Shown in pieces: positions 60,479 to 64,000 of a stretch of 64,000 bases of DNA (its first letter is position 1; each line of letters starts with the position of its first letter). The stretch is from assembly GCA_040218735.1 (NCBI GenBank), contig JAVJQW010000041.1, forward strand, positions 352,001-416,000, read 5' to 3'. This DNA comes from Deltaproteobacteria bacterium (GTDB lineage Bacteria; Myxococcota; Kuafuiibacteriia; Kuafuiibacteriales; Kuafuiibacteriaceae). The position numbers and the translations under genes are program-made. The notes under the pieces are model-generated. The model made no database searches, was not told the origin of the DNA, and saw nothing but the letters and a program-made list of their open reading frames with translations.

Positions 60479-61882
60479 TCAATCGGAGCTGTCGGGTCGG
60501 AGGGCGAAGCGGAGCGCATCGACCGCCTCGAGCTGGCGTTCGAAGGGCTCCCAGTCGTCGGAGATGTCGATCGGCTCCCAGATGGCTTCGATGACGTCGA
60601 TCGTCAGCGTCACCGGCGCGGCGCGTTCGAAGTACGGGGCGTCGAGGCGCGCGCCTTCCGCGGGTTCGTAGGCGTCGAGTAGCGCGCGGACGTCGGCGAA
60701 CGCAAAACCCGCGTAGGTGGCGGCGTGGGGACTCGCTGCGAAGGCGTCGCGGCGTCCGTACGCGTCGAAGAAGAGCGCGTCGAAGGGGAGCTTCGTGCGT
60801 CCGAGGAATGCAAAGACGGTGTCGGCCAGCGCGCCGTCCTCGCGCACGGTGCGGGGCTCGAGGCCGAGGCGCCACAGCAGCTGCAGGAGGAACGCCGCGT
60901 GGAAGCGATCGTCGAAGCTCTCGAGGAGCTTTTCGAGGCGCGCCGACGGCGAGACGGGTCGAATCGCCTCCGCGAGCCGCGTGAGGTTCCAGAGCACCGT
61001 CTCGGGTTGGCGTCCGTACGCGTACAGGCCCGAGTGATCGAAGTAGGCCGCGGTGAACGTGGGGTCGTAGTGCGGCAGGAATCGGTACGGCCCGTAGTCG
61101 AAGCTCTCGCCGCTCACGTTCATGTTGTCGGTGTTGAGGACGCCGTGCACGAAGCCCGCGGTCATCCACTGCGCGCACGTGCGCGCGGCGCGGCCGACGA
61201 CCGTGTCGAAGAAACGCTCCACGAGATCCCCCTCCGCGTCGGCTGCGTCGGGGAGGTACCACTCGAGGCAACGTTCGATGAGCGTCTCGGCGCGGGCGCG
61301 ATCGCCGTGCGCCGCGAGGCGCTGGAACGTGCCGTAGCGAATGTGTCCGTGGGAGAGCCGCACCAGCACGGAGGAGCGCGTCGGGGAGGGCTCGTCGTTG
61401 CGCTGGAGGGCCTCGCCGGTTTCGACGAGGCTGAACGACTTCGAGGTGTCGACGCCGAGCGCTTCGAGCATCGCCGTCGCGAGCACTTCGCGCACGCCGC
61501 CCTTGAGCGTGAGTCGGCCGTCGCCACCGCGGGAGTACGGTGTCGTGCCGCTGCCCTTGGTGCCGAGGTCGAGGAGGCGCCCGCGGTCGTCGCGAAGCTG
61601 TGCGAAGGTGAACCCGCGCCCGTCGCCGAGGTTCGGGTTGTAGGAGCGGAACTGGTGCCCGTGGTAGCGCATCGCCAGCGGCGCTTGCAGGTTGTCTTGC
61701 AACGGCGTGAAGCGCGCGAGGTGGTCGACCCACGCGTCGTCGTCGAGATCGTCGAGGCCGACGCGCGCCGCCCATCGGTCGTTGCGGTACCGCAAGATGT
61801 GTTGCGGGAACGTCGCCGGTTCGACGATGTCGAAGTAGCCGTCGGAGAGCGTCGTCAGGGCGGGGGCGGGGGAGTAGGTCAC
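60479..61882 (-). CDS. selO: SelO/YdiU protein adenylyltransferase
   Basis: YHGHQF..YN..LGDGR, KGSG.TPYSRGGDGR, GFVHGVLNTDN, DYGPY; GTG start 61882. Confidence 0.92.
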   Translation of the reverse strand: MTYSPAPALTTLSDGYFDIVEPATFPQHILRYRNDRWAARVGLDDLDDDAWVDHLARFTPLQDNLQAPLAMRYHGHQFRSYNPNLGDGRGFTFAQLRDDRGRLLDLGTKGSGTTPYSRGGDGRLTLKGGVREVLATAMLEALGVDTSKSFSLVETGEALQRNDEPSPTRSSVLVRLSHGHIRYGTFQRLAAHGDRARAETLIERCLEWYLPDAADAEGDLVERFFDTVVGRAARTCAQWMTAGFVHGVLNTDNMNVSGESFDYGPYRFLPHYDPTFTAAYFDHSGLYAYGRQPETVLWNLTRLAEAIRPVSPSARLEKLLESFDDRFHAAFLLQLLWRLGLEPRTVREDGALADTVFAFLGRTKLPFDALFFDAYGRRDAFAASPHAATYAGFAFADVRALLDAYEPAEGARLDAPYFERAAPVTLTIDVIEAIWEPIDISDDWEPFERQLEAVDALRFALRPDSSD

Positions 61883-63045
61883 GCGTCGCGCCGGCGAAGC
61901 GTCAGAGCGACGACGGCGAACGCGAGCATCCACGCCCCGGTGCCGCGCGTCGACCCCGAAGTTCGGCAGCCGCACGTGTCCGCCACCGGCGGGCCGTTCC
62001 CGTCGGCGTCGAGCACGGTGTAACCGTCGGCGAGGATCGCGGACTGGCCGTCGGGGTTCGTCACGATGACGTCGTAGACGCCGACCGCGATGTTCGCGGG
62101 GACCCGCGCGGTGATCGTCGTGGCGCCGGGCACGTCGACGCCGGACGCGTCGATGCTCCCGATGCGCAACGTGAGGCCCGCTTCGAAGTTGGTGCCGGTG
62201 ACGATGACGTCGACCGGGGCGACGTTGCGGCCTTCGTCGGGGGAGATCGCGCTGATGGTGGGCGCGCCGCCGGTGTTGCCGTTACCTCCGTCCACGCCGC
62301 CGGCGTCCGGATCGCCGCCGCCCGGGCCGGCGTCGCGCCCGGGTCCTGCGTCGCGGCGTCCGCCCGGTCCGGCGTCACGCATGGGGTTGTTGACGCCGCC
62401 GTCGCGTCGCGCCGGGTCACACTCGCCGCCGGGTTCCCACGGCGTGTGATCGGAGAGGGAGACGATCGCGCGGATGATGAAGTCGCCCGGGATGCCGCGG
62501 TCCTCCGCGGAGTCCCACAGCTCTACGGGGATGAACGTGGAGTTCGCGCCCTGGACGCCGTCGGCGTCGTAGAGGAAGGGGCGGATGAACATGTTGGCGC
62601 CGGGGTCTTCGATCTGTTGCTTCAGGCAGATGCGGAACGCCACCGTCGACGTGCGTGTGCCGTGGAGGAAGCCGACGAACCCCGGCGCGGCGGAGAACGG
62701 GAGCGCGGCGCCCTGTTCGACGATCAGCTGCCCCGGGCGATCACGGCCGAGCTCTTCGTAGGTCTGCAGGAGCGAGACGACCTGCTCGCCGTCGCCGAGC
62801 AGCGCGACGAACCCTTCGATGCCGAACGAAGGCTCCGGGAGATCGAAGCTCGCGCAGACCGCCTCGAGCCAGTCGATTCGGACCCCGCCCGCGGTCATCG
62901 CCGAGTTGTCGAAGTCGTCGTTGCAGAGCACGTACTGGCCGACCCGCGAGCAGTCGGGTCCACACTGGGTGGGGATCTGCTGCGCGAGGACCGGTGCCGC
63001 GCCGAACGTGATCGACAGGAGGACGACGGCGGCCGCGGGCTTCAT
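61879..63045 (-). CDS. Surface protein with IPT/TIG domain and MYXO-CTERM sorting signal
   Basis: Signal peptide; DAG/DGG linker; PTISAISP...VTGTNF...VTNPDG IPT/TIG; CGCRTS...WMLAFAVVALTLRRR tail. Confidence 0.85.
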   Translation of the reverse strand: MKPAAAVVLLSITFGAAPVLAQQIPTQCGPDCSRVGQYVLCNDDFDNSAMTAGGVRIDWLEAVCASFDLPEPSFGIEGFVALLGDGEQVVSLLQTYEELGRDRPGQLIVEQGAALPFSAAPGFVGFLHGTRTSTVAFRICLKQQIEDPGANMFIRPFLYDADGVQGANSTFIPVELWDSAEDRGIPGDFIIRAIVSLSDHTPWEPGGECDPARRDGGVNNPMRDAGPGGRRDAGPGRDAGPGGGDPDAGGVDGGNGNTGGAPTISAISPDEGRNVAPVDVIVTGTNFEAGLTLRIGSIDASGVDVPGATTITARVPANIAVGVYDVIVTNPDGQSAILADGYTVLDADGNGPPVADTCGCRTSGSTRGTGAWMLAFAVVALTLRRRDA

Positions 63046-63092
63046 CACGCCCATCGTAGCGCCCCGTCGAAAACGGTGCGACCCTCGCACCG

Positions 63093-64000
63093 ATGCGCGA
63101 CGACCCGAGGGTGATCGTCAACCGCTGGACGCCTTCGGCCGACGGGGCCTTCGAACGCGCGCGGGTGCTCGCGGCCGGTGTTCACCCCGAGGGACTCGAC
63201 GCGGTGCGGGTGCGTTTCTCGCGCGCGGCGACGGCGCCGTTCGAGGGGGCGGCGCACCTCGTGAGCCTGATGCGCGGCGCGGCGCGCATGCGAGGTTGCG
63301 GGCTCGATCCGAGCACGCACGCGTCGGTCGTCGGCGACGTCGAGCTGGAGGCGGAGGCCGGGACCGAGCTGATCGTGGTGACGGGGCGGGCGCCCGAAGG
63401 TCGCGCTGCGCTCGTCGTGCGGCAGGAGCGCTTCCTCGCGGCGGCGTTGGACGCGGAGGGGCCGCTGCGCTGGATCCTCACCCCGCAGTACCTCAGCCGA
63501 CGCATCTTCCTGCACCACGACGCGGCGCTGTTGTCGCAGTCGGGCGCACCGGTGTCCTGGTTCCGCACCACGATGTTCGACACCACGGGCCTGCCGCCGA
63601 ACGACGACGGCGAGTCGGTGTTCCGCATGTCGTACAACCACCGGACGGAGCCGAACTTCTGCTACGACGTGCAGGGGCACGCGCGCGTTCGCTTCGCCGA
63701 GCACCCCTACGACGACGCCGCGCAGCGCTTCGGTCCGTGGCACGACCTCGACGGCGAGACGACCTACCACCTGAACGAAGCGCGCGGCGGCGCGGAGGAG
63801 GAGCACCGCGATGGGCACCCCCTGCGGAACCGCCACGAGGTCGCGAACGCCGGCGGGCACACCACGCTGTTCTGCCTGTTCGATCCGGCGCCGACCGGCG
63901 TCGAAGAGCACCACCCGGGCACGTACAGCGAGTACGGCGCGCTCGACGACGTGCTCGGCTCCGAACGCTACACGAAGAAGCTCGCGCGCCTGCGCGAGGT
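63093..64000 (+). CDS. Hypothetical protein (runs off the right edge)
   Basis: Manual translation MRDDPRVIVNRW...WILTPQYLSRRIFLHHD...FRMSYNHRTEPNFCY...RNRHEV, open to the window end. Confidence 0.75.
   Translation, partial: MRDDPRVIVNRWTPSADGAFERARVLAAGVHPEGLDAVRVRFSRAATAPFEGAAHLVSLMRGAARMRGCGLDPSTHASVVGDVELEAEAGTELIVVTGRAPEGRAALVVRQERFLAAALDAEGPLRWILTPQYLSRRIFLHHDAALLSQSGAPVSWFRTTMFDTTGLPPNDDGESVFRMSYNHRTEPNFCYDVQGHARVRFAEHPYDDAAQRFGPWHDLDGETTYHLNEARGGAEEEHRDGHPLRNRHEVANAGGHTTLFCLFDPAPTGVEEHHPGTYSEYGALDDVLGSERYTKKLARLRE

Noticed and set aside
60479-61882. Selenocysteine recoding in SelO
   Set aside because: No in-frame internal TGA and no C-terminal Cys/Sec motif.

Overview
GC-rich (about 70% by eye), gene-dense bacterial chromosome segment with about 50 CDS. 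It is most likely from a Myxococcota (myxobacteria-like) genome, judged by eukaryote-like Ser/Thr kinases, an FHA protein, a MYXO-CTERM protein, DAG/DGG-repeat lipoproteins and a DnaK paralogue. I saw no rRNA, tRNA, CRISPR array, transposase or integrase. Highlights: (1) a self-contained ECF sigma / zinc anti-sigma / exported caspase-family protease operon (34.7-37.6 kb) flanked by lipoprotein genes, with four copies of one promoter-like motif (TCGCT-N16/17-CGTAC), two of them interleaved face-to-face; (2) a 30-heme cytochrome c built from ten triheme modules and translationally coupled to a probable outer-membrane beta-barrel (25.8-30.4 kb); (3) a large lipoprotein / zinc-metalloprotease lipoprotein / beta-barrel operon (39.5-46.2 kb); (4) a BlaI plus His-loop M56 protease pair heading a CusA-type efflux operon; (5) a WYL regulator with two visible palindromic operators; (6) a pseudokinase-kinase receptor with a Ser-Asp repeat stalk. 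Several start codons were moved from the ORF track by judgement. All product calls rest on motif recognition, not database searches.
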